Positions 17,185-26,200 of a DNA stretch of 33,061 nucleotides are shown piece after piece. Position 1 is the stretch's first letter. Every line of letters starts with the position of its first letter. The notes below the pieces were generated by a model, which was not told the DNA's origin, did no database searches, and was given only the letters and a program-made list of their open reading frames with translations. Location of the stretch: the sequence record SRR2962707_4525. One strand, 5' to 3'. The translations under genes were made by a program, and so were the position numbers.

Positions 17185-18188
17185 GTCGCTCTCCCGTCTT
17201 TCAGGATGAAGTTATCGTTAGCCGGTTGCCAGATATCCGTGATGCGACGGAACCCGTCCTGATCACGTTTGATCTGGACAACGAGATCGACCATTTCCGT
17301 AAGAAACTCGGGAATGCGATCCATTTTCATTCCTGCCCACGCGAGGTTCTGATCAAACTTGCGGTGTATTGCGTGTTTCGGATTAGTCGAATGGATTGTG
17401 AAGCTCACGCCGGTGGCGCCGGCATTGAGCGTTCCGAGAACAGCAAAGGCATTTTTCGTACTGATTTCCCCGAAAGGAACACGATCCGGGGTAATGCGGT
17501 TGACGTGATCGAAAAGAACACGCCAATCGACCATGCCAGTGTTACTGCCACTTTCACGCGCAGCAAGTAGCCCATTGCCGTCCCAAAATCGCTCAAGGAA
17601 CAGCTCGCCCGAATCTTCAAGAGCGACGACGCGAACGTCGTCAGAGACAGAGGAAAGCAGCATGTTGAGCAGGCTTGTCTTTCCGGTGTTGGTCCCACCA
17701 GAAATGGCGATGTTCCAACCTTTGACCATCGCCTCAATCAGCAGTTCTTTGATTTCGTTTTCACACTTGATTTTGAGGCGATCCATCGCGTCATCAAGGT
17801 AATCACGATCCCCTTTCTTTGTTGCCGGCGTAAAGTCACGCCACGTCGGCGAGAAAGGATGTTTACAGCGTATCGCGAGACTCAGGCCTGATCGGACAGA
17901 AGGCCCGACCAGGCATTCAAACCGATGCCCCTCATCAAGTGTTGTAGAAAGGATTGGATTACTGTCAGGGTCGAAATTCAGCCCTCGGTTATTCGAAAGA
18001 GCTATGCACAGGCCTTCAATAACAGCCTGTGTTAGCCTTGGGTCTTCGATTAATTTTTTCCCGGTACCGCGACGGTCCACTACGATCCGATGCGGACCAT
18101 TCAACCGAACCTCGACGGTGGTCGGGTCGTCGTAGTAACGAGCGAGTGGGGCTACGATTTTTTTGTATAGCGGGTTGATGGCGTTCAT
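17181..18188 (-). CDS. virB11: VirB11-family secretion ATPase (divergent motifs)
   Basis: ATG 18188 overlaps the upstream TAA (TAATG). EVRLNGP, SLAIR, ISGGTNTGKTS (Walker A), ALEDSGEL, PDRVPFGE, TIHS. Confidence 0.9.
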   Translation of the reverse strand: MNAINPLYKKIVAPLARYYDDPTTVEVRLNGPHRIVVDRRGTGKKLIEDPRLTQAVIEGLCIALSNNRGLNFDPDSNPILSTTLDEGHRFECLVGPSVRSGLSLAIRCKHPFSPTWRDFTPATKKGDRDYLDDAMDRLKIKCENEIKELLIEAMVKGWNIAISGGTNTGKTSLLNMLLSSVSDDVRVVALEDSGELFLERFWDGNGLLAARESGSNTGMVDWRVLFDHVNRITPDRVPFGEISTKNAFAVLGTLNAGATGVSFTIHSTNPKHAIHRKFDQNLAWAGMKMDRIPEFLTEMVDLVVQIKRDQDGFRRITDIWQPANDNFILKDGRAT

Positions 18189-20419
18189 TAATACCACCCC
18201 CACTGATTGATGCAGCCCGCTTTTACCGCGTAGGAATGCGCCGGAAACCCACCGTTGTTGGAGCGATACGTGATGTACCATTGGTAGGTGCCCGAGTGGC
18301 CGGATTGGTTGTATGAAGGATACGCAGCCACGGTTTCACAGTTGCCCTTCACTGCATCGCCTATTTGCGTGCCGTCTTCACGCTCTAGGATCTTTGTCCC
18401 TACGCTTGCGGTGTAGTTACAGTGGTCCCCGTAAGACGGGTATATTGTTTTGGCCTCCCCGTCGCTGCCCTGCTGTTCAACAAAGACCCTATACCCAGTC
18501 CGTCCGCAGACCGACCCTGTATATCCTTGCGGTGCGCTCCACCGTTTGTATGTTTCCGCTGCCCAATCTACTTTGATGTTGCATTTGTTCCCAAGATCCA
18601 ATGGGGTTGCCTCACCAACAGTTACCTTGTGGGTTGTTTCGTCGGGCCGTTTGTAAATTTCGACTTCATCGCGTTCGTCAAATCGGGTGCAACCTTCATA
18701 ATAGGTTTCACCATTTGTCGCTGGGCCGACACCTGTATAAAGGTAAGGGACCTGTGGATCCCCGGGCAGAACTTGCGACGTCAGAACGTTGTATCGCCCT
18801 GAAAGTGTTTCGACGCCCTCGATGTAGACAGTGACAAGACGATACGCGAACAGCTTGTCATCGTGACGTTGCCAGCCCGTCAATTCTTGCTGATGGGTAT
18901 AGATGACTCCGTTATCCTGACATTCCGTGACAGGCTCTTGCTTTCCGTCGAGCAGATAATAGAAGCGTTCACTGCCGATACTCTGTCCAGCCGATATGTT
19001 ATGGCTCCACTTCCCCGGATCTTGGCAACCTGATGTCGTTGACTGGATGTCTTTAGCCGAAGGATCTGGCGTGCATGGGGTACGATAAATCTCGAAACCA
19101 TGGACATTGATCATCACACGGCTTTGAAGCGTTACCTTCCCACTTTCGCGGTTGATGATCGGTTCACACACTTGATCGCCATTGGCGGTTTTATAGATTG
19201 TGGAGTGATCGTATTCTTCGTCGTTATCCTGACAGGACGTATCCCAATCCTGACCTTCCAGCGTGTAGATGTATTTGGATCGACCGAACGATTTTCCGGC
19301 AAGGAAGTCGTCGCGAATATCGCACCCTTCCGTGGTTCTCTCCATCGGTACAGGCTCAACTTCAATCGATGCTGCGCAGGACGAAACCGGAATTTCCTTG
19401 CCGTTATGATTGGTGTAAACCAGCTTGCCTTGCGGTACAGCTTCCAGATTGATGTAATCGAGATAGACCGTACAGGCATTACGGTCTTCTACAATGTCAT
19501 AAACCTTTTCGGTGTCCGGCTGACAATCGCCAATTTCTTCCCGATTACCGCCGCCGTCCGTGTAGTAATACATGAACTGGGCGGTAGCTTTCATCGTCTC
19601 GACATTTTCGTCGTAGGGACAGACGGCATAGCTCGGACTGATCTTGAACCGCTCCGAGCCATCAGCGCAATCGCTGTACTCGGGCGTTCCGTCCGTCACC
19701 GTTTCAACCCGCGTTTGCTGGATCGCCTGCAACTGATCGAGATCCACACGGATCTTACATCCGTTCGTGGTGATGTTGGAGCTGATGACGGGGGTTTTCT
19801 TCACATCCAGCCCATCCGGGGTCGAATATCCCGATGCATCCGGGTTGGATGATGCGTTTGAGCCGACCTTGCCTTCCGAGGCGCCAACACCTGAGTCGGC
19901 AATCTCTTCTTCGCTTTTTTCATCCTCAGGGATGTCTTCTGCGGCCGCGAGCCGTTCCAGGGCGGCCACAAGTTCTGGCTGATCTCCCTCAATCGTAATT
20001 GGCGACGACGGATCCAATGCCGTTTGGTCAAGATTGAACTGTGCAACGAAGTTGTCAGAATTCAGCGGTTCGGTGCGATTGCCCTTACCAACACTTGAAA
20101 GAACAAGCTGACCGATTTTCATATCATCGACAGAAACATAACGGGCGTATGCCTTCGCAGTCACACCCTCAGTCAATGTCTTGGAAACGCCCGGAATATC
20201 GACAAACCCGAGATCGAGCGCTACTGGGTCGTTCTCTGGCAATTCGGTCGGGGTCTTCGTTCGGGTGATAATATTCACCTTTTCGACAAGGCCATCCATG
20301 CCGGCAGTCGGGGCTTGGGATTGTGAGCTGATACTGTCGATCTCTTGTGCGACCTGCGCTGTGGCGGGCAGGGCGAGACATGACGACAGTATCAGCAATG
20401 CAAACCATTTGCGTTTCAT
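18188..20419 (-). CDS. Secreted Cys-repeat protein, putative adhesin or mating-pair stabilisation factor (743 aa)
   Basis: ATG 20419 with GGAG RBS; signal peptide MKRKWFALLILSSCLALPATA-Q; six ~50-aa C-x(29-34)-C repeats; tightly coupled to virB10 and virB11. Confidence 0.8.
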   Translation of the reverse strand: MKRKWFALLILSSCLALPATAQVAQEIDSISSQSQAPTAGMDGLVEKVNIITRTKTPTELPENDPVALDLGFVDIPGVSKTLTEGVTAKAYARYVSVDDMKIGQLVLSSVGKGNRTEPLNSDNFVAQFNLDQTALDPSSPITIEGDQPELVAALERLAAAEDIPEDEKSEEEIADSGVGASEGKVGSNASSNPDASGYSTPDGLDVKKTPVISSNITTNGCKIRVDLDQLQAIQQTRVETVTDGTPEYSDCADGSERFKISPSYAVCPYDENVETMKATAQFMYYYTDGGGNREEIGDCQPDTEKVYDIVEDRNACTVYLDYINLEAVPQGKLVYTNHNGKEIPVSSCAASIEVEPVPMERTTEGCDIRDDFLAGKSFGRSKYIYTLEGQDWDTSCQDNDEEYDHSTIYKTANGDQVCEPIINRESGKVTLQSRVMINVHGFEIYRTPCTPDPSAKDIQSTTSGCQDPGKWSHNISAGQSIGSERFYYLLDGKQEPVTECQDNGVIYTHQQELTGWQRHDDKLFAYRLVTVYIEGVETLSGRYNVLTSQVLPGDPQVPYLYTGVGPATNGETYYEGCTRFDERDEVEIYKRPDETTHKVTVGEATPLDLGNKCNIKVDWAAETYKRWSAPQGYTGSVCGRTGYRVFVEQQGSDGEAKTIYPSYGDHCNYTASVGTKILEREDGTQIGDAVKGNCETVAAYPSYNQSGHSGTYQWYITYRSNNGGFPAHSYAVKAGCINQWGWY

Positions 20420-20423
20420 GCTG

Positions 20424-21548
20424 TTACTCCACTTCTTTGATATACCAGTCCGTTGCCGGACGAATTTGCAGGCGTGTGCCTTGGCGAATTGTGATGATCG
20501 GCTTGAGATCAAGTGTCCGCTCAAGCATGTCGGCCGTAATTTCCCCAAACTTGTTCGAGAGTTCCTCAGACGCCTTTTCGGCAGCGGCCGTGGCCACTTC
20601 TCCATCGGCGTCCTCTGATTTTGTGCTGGCGGCCGCATAGCGCACCGCAGTGGAAATGCCGGTTAACAGGAAGGCGTTGCCGTAGCGCTGCCAGAACCTG
20701 TTATCGACTTCGCCCGAAACACCCACCCAGCCTTGCTGGTTGGTTACGTTTGAGCCGAGATTGATGATTTCTGCCCTATGGCCCGCTATCAGAACGCGCT
20801 CGCACTCGATGGCCAGTTGTGAACTGCCCATGTCAGCAGGAGGCAGATAGCTGCAAATCATGCGTGACCCTTTGGGCATCAAAACCATGCGGCCGTGATA
20901 GCCGAACACATCGCGTGTTGTCTGAAGGATCACCGATCCGGGTTCTTCGCCGCCGACTTGGCTGTTTATCCCGGTTTCAAGCTGAACCGAGATGTATCGA
21001 TCCTGTGCAATCTTGCGCGAGTTATCGACCGGCAGTGTTGAGGTGCGACGTGGTCCGTCATAGTCTTCTGGTTCTTGGCCAACATCTTTCAAATCAAGCG
21101 GGTCAGGACCAATCCTGCGGCCCATTTTCGGAACCGGCACAGTGTTGGTAAATCCATCCCCTTCATCCATCGGCACACGCGGATCGTGATAGGTCGCCAG
21201 CGAGAGACTTTGGGTGGATGGTTGCGATCTGGACCACGCGGCTTGCAACGCCAGTCTGTACGGATCAGGCGCAGGAGGTTCTGGAACAGGCTCAACAACC
21301 AGCTCTGGTTCAGGTTCCGGTGTTGGTTCTGGCGCCGGTGCAGGTGCCTCGCGTTTAATGATGACAGGTGGAAAACGCGGGGCGGCGGGTTCTGGCGCCG
21401 GCGGGGCCGGTGGCGACGGGGCTGGTAAAGCCCATGCGCTCGCATCATCGGGCGGTAAGGTCGGTGGCACCTTTACCTGTTCCGCATCGACACACAGACC
21501 ATTGAGTGTGAGGTTCAACACCAGGGCGATATCGCAAATGGCGCTCAT
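20424..21548 (-). CDS. virB10: VirB10/TrbI core-complex protein
   Basis: Pro-rich linker, then ISVQLETGINS, DVFG..VLMPKGSRMI, GVSGEVDNRFWQRYG and PIITIRQGTRLQI. Confidence 0.93.
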   Translation of the reverse strand: MSAICDIALVLNLTLNGLCVDAEQVKVPPTLPPDDASAWALPAPSPPAPPAPEPAAPRFPPVIIKREAPAPAPEPTPEPEPELVVEPVPEPPAPDPYRLALQAAWSRSQPSTQSLSLATYHDPRVPMDEGDGFTNTVPVPKMGRRIGPDPLDLKDVGQEPEDYDGPRRTSTLPVDNSRKIAQDRYISVQLETGINSQVGGEEPGSVILQTTRDVFGYHGRMVLMPKGSRMICSYLPPADMGSSQLAIECERVLIAGHRAEIINLGSNVTNQQGWVGVSGEVDNRFWQRYGNAFLLTGISTAVRYAAASTKSEDADGEVATAAAEKASEELSNKFGEITADMLERTLDLKPIITIRQGTRLQIRPATDWYIKEVE

Positions 21549-22645
21549 GCTCCACCTACGAACTCAATGCACATGTACTTAAAGCCGCTTTTCAGCGTTA
21601 TGAGCTTTTGAGTGCTTTCGACAATGAATGTCTGCCCCTGAACCCGGGTATTTACCAGTTCGTCGAATTCATCGACCACGACATAGGCGGTCGGTAGTTC
21701 GAGATCCTTCCATTTGTCGCCAAAGCGAATGTACGTGAAATAGTCATCGCGAAAGACGGTGACAGGTTCCAGTTCCTTGTCACCGTAAAGCTTATATTGA
21801 CCCCATCCGCGAAGCGCGTTGGGATCAAACTTGGCTTCTGCTACGTAGTCCTCATCGGGCGTGCCGGGGTTAGTATTGACCAGACCGTCTATTGCGTCCT
21901 TACCCTTATCAGAGGTTGGCAGGTCCATATTAGGTACTTTGGACGTATTTTTTTCATACTTATTTTGTACCAAATTTGTATCTGTATGCGCTGAAACCGG
22001 CACGGCCATCTCATCATCAATCTGGACGGTGCCATTTATCTTGACGAAGAGATCAGGGATGTTCTGTGAGTTCACACCCTCGGCGCGGAGATAAAATGGA
22101 TAGACTTGTCCAGATTCTCCACGGACGATCAGAGATGTATCGTATCCAAATCCCTTGGGTTGAACGACGATCCGGTTGTGTTCTCGCTGTTGAATGAGCC
22201 AGCCGGCTTTAATCCCGCGATCAATGCCAAGAATCCTCTCACCAAGTGGCAACTCGATGAGTGTTGGCATTCTTTCGCGGGTACGGATGCGATAGGTGCA
22301 ATTTGCACACATGTCCGGTTCGTACACGCCATCCTCTGGCTTGGCGTAGTCCCAGACTTCCTGTATTTGACCGGCTGTAATGGGCCGCACAAGCGGACCG
22401 AAATTACCTTCGTTCTGATCTTTTGCCTGTTCTACAACACTGTCAGGAACAGGCATTTGTGGTCGTGGTGCCGTCGTAGCGGGCGGGTTGGTTGTTTGCG
22501 CACCTGTAAATGGTGCTTGTTGACCAGGCATGGGTGGGCGGGCTGTCTGAGCCATCGCATCAAGCGCAGACAGTGTAAGAAATGCGATCAGGCAGAGCCC
22601 AAGCATGAGATGGATAAAAATCCTGAGAACCTTGGGTATTTTCAT
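21545..22645 (-). CDS. virB9: VirB9/TrbG outer-membrane core protein
   Basis: Signal peptide; TYRIRTR..PTLIELPLGE, IVVQPK..TSLIV; C-terminal Y..GDKELEPVTVFRDDYFTYIRF..PTAYVV..LVNTRVQG. Confidence 0.92.
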   Translation of the reverse strand: MKIPKVLRIFIHLMLGLCLIAFLTLSALDAMAQTARPPMPGQQAPFTGAQTTNPPATTAPRPQMPVPDSVVEQAKDQNEGNFGPLVRPITAGQIQEVWDYAKPEDGVYEPDMCANCTYRIRTRERMPTLIELPLGERILGIDRGIKAGWLIQQREHNRIVVQPKGFGYDTSLIVRGESGQVYPFYLRAEGVNSQNIPDLFVKINGTVQIDDEMAVPVSAHTDTNLVQNKYEKNTSKVPNMDLPTSDKGKDAIDGLVNTNPGTPDEDYVAEAKFDPNALRGWGQYKLYGDKELEPVTVFRDDYFTYIRFGDKWKDLELPTAYVVVDEFDELVNTRVQGQTFIVESTQKLITLKSGFKYMCIEFVGGA

Positions 22646-23433
22646 GATGAACCTCGTGCACGCAAAATCATGTCCGTTACGGTGATCCCGTATGGATTGA
22701 TGTATTTCTGTTCCAATGAAACGGTTTGCTCGCTTGTGACCATGGAGAGGTAAGCGCGGAGCTTCGTCGGTTCCCCGACAGGCTTGCCGTTGCGACGATC
22801 AATTCGGATAAAGTCGATGGCGAACTTGTAATCACCTGTCAGGCTGGCGACTTTGTTAGCGCTTTCGATATGAATTTCGCGGTCCAGACCGCCCGCTATT
22901 GCATCGGAAATCTTGCCGCTATCGATCCATTCGTTTCTGAAGTCGATCCATTCTCCACGTTCCGTCATGCGGGAGACTTCGCGCTGTCGTTCTTCCTGCG
23001 TTACGCCGTCTATTTCGAGACGGGCCTTCACGTAACGGCGGGCCTTACCCTCCAGTTCGACATCGAAGGCATTTACGTCCTCAATGACCGGCTTGATCTG
23101 AAAGCGGATTTCATCTTCGTCGGCCGGAATGATCCAGAACGGCACCTTTTCCTTCAGAGGAACCATTCCAGCAATCACGTTGAACGAGACAACCAGGCAA
23201 GCCATGAGGCCGATGTTCATGCCAGCAGACAATCTGAGCATCCATGCAGATCGACGATGTGATGCTTCGTATGCAAACGGGTCCGCAGTAACCGCAGGGG
23301 CGTGCCGGCCATGCATCGAACGGCCTGATGTCGTCGCGTCGGCTGGAGCAAGACTGCCATTAACCGTTTTCTGATCGAGATGAGCCGCCCTGCGATCCCG
23401 TAAGTTTTGAAAAAAGCTGTTTAACCGACCCAT
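22642..23433 (-). CDS. virB8: VirB8-family inner-membrane protein
   Basis: Single TM followed by PLKEKVPF, YVKARL and C-terminal INPYGITVTD; position between virB7 and virB9. Confidence 0.88.
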   Translation of the reverse strand: MGRLNSFFQNLRDRRAAHLDQKTVNGSLAPADATTSGRSMHGRHAPAVTADPFAYEASHRRSAWMLRLSAGMNIGLMACLVVSFNVIAGMVPLKEKVPFWIIPADEDEIRFQIKPVIEDVNAFDVELEGKARRYVKARLEIDGVTQEERQREVSRMTERGEWIDFRNEWIDSGKISDAIAGGLDREIHIESANKVASLTGDYKFAIDFIRIDRRNGKPVGEPTKLRAYLSMVTSEQTVSLEQKYINPYGITVTDMILRARGSS

Positions 23434-23594
23434 TCAAAGCCTCCGCTATTGAAATCAATCGGATCACAGACGCATGGGCTTTTGCTCATCTCATCAGTGC
23501 CGGTACCCTCTTTGGGCAACTCAACACCATTGTCAGTGACGGCACATCCAGAGAGGAGAACGACAGCAGAGAAAATAATAATGAGATGTTTCAT
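23421..23594 (-). CDS. virB7: VirB7-like small lipoprotein (57 aa)
   Basis: ATG 23594 with AGGAG RBS. MKHLIIIFSAVVLLSGC lipobox, SPCVCDPIDFN; directly upstream of virB8. Confidence 0.75.
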   Translation of the reverse strand: MKHLIIIFSAVVLLSGCAVTDNGVELPKEGTGTDEMSKSPCVCDPIDFNSGGFEWVG

Positions 23595-23953
23595 GAGGCG
23601 TCTCCTTCTTTCGAGCTGCCGATAGGCATGTGGGATGGGGTGATTTTTCGGCACAAAGCACCGAAGGTAATGTTCACGCCGATTGAGAGTGCCCAAATGG
23701 TCAGCAACAGGGTCCAAAGTGCCTGACCGAGATTTCCGATCTGGAGTGCGCTGGCGGATCCGAGTTCTTGGAAAAACTTGATGGTCAATACGGGTTCGTA
23801 AGCCGCAGCCAACAGCAACACCAAAACGCCAATTGCGGAAACAAACCGAATAGCTTGAAGGGAGGAACGCACGAGCGCGGCCAACCAATAAGTGATTTCC
23901 GAGGTGGCATAGCGAACATCATTGAACAGTTTCTTCTTAACCAAATGTTTCAT
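23591..23953 (-). CDS. Hypothetical membrane protein (2 TM)
   Basis: ATGA overlaps at both ends; two hydrophobic helices. Confidence 0.7.
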   Translation of the reverse strand: MKHLVKKKLFNDVRYATSEITYWLAALVRSSLQAIRFVSAIGVLVLLLAAAYEPVLTIKFFQELGSASALQIGNLGQALWTLLLTIWALSIGVNITFGALCRKITPSHMPIGSSKEGDAS

Positions 23954-24354
23954 TGGGCACCTGTATCACTGGAATTTTGGGAGGAACGGCTGGGCATCTG
24001 GCTTTGACCTTGCTTCAAAAGAGCCAGTTGCTTTTGGTTCTCGATAAGTTTCATGATCAACCGCGACACTCCCCAAATGAGGGCCGTCAAGATGATCGAC
24101 AGGAAAACCAACTGCCTGAGAATTTGCGCTTGATCGGTGACATCCAGAGCGAGGAATGCACGGATAATTAAGATCAGGGTTTCCGGCAGAAACAGAATTC
24201 CGAGACAAATGACAGACCAGAAAAGCAACCCTGTGCCCCGGTTAATGACGGTAATCACTACACCGGCCACGCTCAGGGAGGACGGCTTTTCGCCATGTGT
24301 TTTGATGCTCATTGCAAAAAGTCCTTTCATATCAATTGTTCGAAATTCCGCCAC
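23950..24354 (-). CDS. Hypothetical membrane protein (2-3 TM); start uncertain
   Basis: Fills the gap after virB6; hydrophobic helices; stop overlaps the next ATG. Confidence 0.65.
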   Translation of the reverse strand: MAEFRTIDMKGLFAMSIKTHGEKPSSLSVAGVVITVINRGTGLLFWSVICLGILFLPETLILIIRAFLALDVTDQAQILRQLVFLSIILTALIWGVSRLIMKLIENQKQLALLKQGQSQMPSRSSQNSSDTGAQ

Positions 24355-25513
24355 GTTTCAGGCGGTCCACATATTCACCGAAGTTGCTTGCGGACGAACC
24401 GCCGCCCATCTTGCCCAAATCATTGAGCGCACTGCCTTTGGCAGAACCGAGAATGTCGGGATTGTTGAAAAGGGTTTCTCTTGCCGCCCCCAGTCCTGAC
24501 TGGGCAGCGCCCGTTGCTTTGTCTGCAAAGTTGAGAGCTTGCTTCAAACCGGGAGGGCCAAACTTCTTGGCCATATACATGCTGGCACCAACGGCGGAAC
24601 CAGCCATGGTTGCAGCGGCGGTGTTTGTGAACTGAGATTCTGCTATGGAATTGGCGATGCCTGTGGCTTCGGTTACGAAAACCGTGCCCATGATGCCAAG
24701 GATGACGGCGAGGAAGCCCGGGCCAGTGAAGAACGATCCGCCGTCAATTCCCACCATCCTCGTATCTAGTTCCAAGGAGGTAACTGCAAACAAGCAGATC
24801 CCGATCGCTAACGTTGCCCCGTACAACACCAGTCCGGCCGCAATCAGTGATTTTAAACCTTTCCAAACCATGCCTTGGCTCCATTGGAAGCCAACACCAA
24901 GCATGATGAAGGGTGATAGACCGGCAAGGACAGCAACCCGGAATATCGTGACCATGACCTGACTGAAATAAACAACGATCAACAGGAACCAGGGGATGAT
25001 GATCAGGACGCCGGTTAAAGGGCCTGTCAGGTTGCCGACAGAGAACGATTTCCAGAGTTCAAAACCGACATCTAGCACCTTCATAAATCCGCGTTCAGAT
25101 GCAAACACAAGAAGGGTCACGCCGCTGTAATGATCTGTACCGTCGGCAGTCCAGTCAGCGCCTGAGACATTCCCGGCAGCGATCAGAACGGCACTCGCAG
25201 CAGCCGTCATTGTCCCGATTGCCATCTTGTAGATAATCATCACAAGGCCGGTCCCATCTGCGATCAAACCGCCTGCGACAATGACAAAGAATGTTTCGCG
25301 GCAAAGGCTTGCAAGATCGGCACGACCGAGTATCATCTTAATACCCTGAACCATCAGCCAAAGGCCGACGACGGCTATGAAAATCTTCAACATCCCACTG
25401 GAAAGAACGACCGTAAGTGCCTCGACAAACTCGCGGGCATTCTTCTCATATACCTGGACGACGTCACACGTCGCACAGAAGGGCGCGTCTATGGTTGGTG
25501 TATTAAGTGCCAT
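24332..25513 (-). CDS. virB6: VirB6/TrbL polytopic membrane protein
   Basis: ATG 25513 with AAGGAA RBS; multiple TM segments, LAGLSPFIMLGVGF core motif, Gly/Ala-rich tail; N-terminal CATC. Confidence 0.85.
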   Translation of the reverse strand: MALNTPTIDAPFCATCDVVQVYEKNAREFVEALTVVLSSGMLKIFIAVVGLWLMVQGIKMILGRADLASLCRETFFVIVAGGLIADGTGLVMIIYKMAIGTMTAAASAVLIAAGNVSGADWTADGTDHYSGVTLLVFASERGFMKVLDVGFELWKSFSVGNLTGPLTGVLIIIPWFLLIVVYFSQVMVTIFRVAVLAGLSPFIMLGVGFQWSQGMVWKGLKSLIAAGLVLYGATLAIGICLFAVTSLELDTRMVGIDGGSFFTGPGFLAVILGIMGTVFVTEATGIANSIAESQFTNTAAATMAGSAVGASMYMAKKFGPPGLKQALNFADKATGAAQSGLGAARETLFNNPDILGSAKGSALNDLGKMGGGSSASNFGEYVDRLKRGGISNN

Positions 25514-26177
25514 TGTGATTTCCTTGATAATTTGCACACCCGCGCAAGCACGTTATGCCCCTAAGAAAGTCGATTTCTTTGACTTGGACCGAGCTGTTGG
25601 ATTTTGGTCTGAACTGAAAACACGGGATGATTTGGAGAAGGCATACGCGCAGTGCGATAGCAGCGAAGCCTACAATCACTGGGATGCCCGCTGGCTGAAC
25701 GACGGGTCTACAAAGATTGAAGACCTCCAACTGGAGGACGAAGCGGACAGGCAGTTGGTCGAATATTGCCACGACTTGAACCGCACCTACGATTACTGGG
25801 CCCGCTGGTACGACAGCATTGAAAAGATGATGACCACGACCACGGCGCTCAATCCGAATGGACCGATTGCCGAGCCTTGGAATGAATGGAAGGTTCTGTG
25901 TGAGAGGTACGATTACTGGTATGAAAAGTACCGGGATCGTGGATACAACGACGACCACAAGAATATCTTCACGGGTGAATGCAACGACCTTCCTGACTGG
26001 CGACTGCCAGACCAGGTAAAGAAGTACGATACTCTTCTTGCCAATAGCGTTATTCGCAGTGGAAAGAATAACGAACAAAGCCGCATGGTCGTATCGAACT
26101 ATCTTGCCAAACATGGCGATACACTGAGCAAAGCTGACCGCAAGGCTCTCGAAGAGATCATCAAACAGTTTCAGTGA
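25491..26177 (+). CDS. Secreted hypothetical protein, antisense to the transfer operon (228 aa)
   Basis: ATG 25491 with AGAAGGG upstream; signal-like MVGVLSAIVISLIICTPAQA-R; natural soluble composition (D/E/K/W/Y-rich) with internal repeats. Confidence 0.75.
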   Translation: MVGVLSAIVISLIICTPAQARYAPKKVDFFDLDRAVGFWSELKTRDDLEKAYAQCDSSEAYNHWDARWLNDGSTKIEDLQLEDEADRQLVEYCHDLNRTYDYWARWYDSIEKMMTTTTALNPNGPIAEPWNEWKVLCERYDYWYEKYRDRGYNDDHKNIFTGECNDLPDWRLPDQVKKYDTLLANSVIRSGKNNEQSRMVVSNYLAKHGDTLSKADRKALEEIIKQFQ

Positions 26178-26200
26178 CGGGTGACATGCTGGATGGACGA

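Noticed and set aside
18188-18600. Adhesin tip as DGR variable region or shufflon target
   Set aside because: No reverse transcriptase, template repeat, Rci-like tyrosine recombinase or alternative cassettes seen in the window.
19100-19852. 250-aa + strand ORF and similar antisense ORFs across the transfer cluster (e.g. 22106-22753, 22726-23262)
   Set aside because: Fully antisense to well-supported genes, with typical shadow-frame composition and no RBS or motifs.
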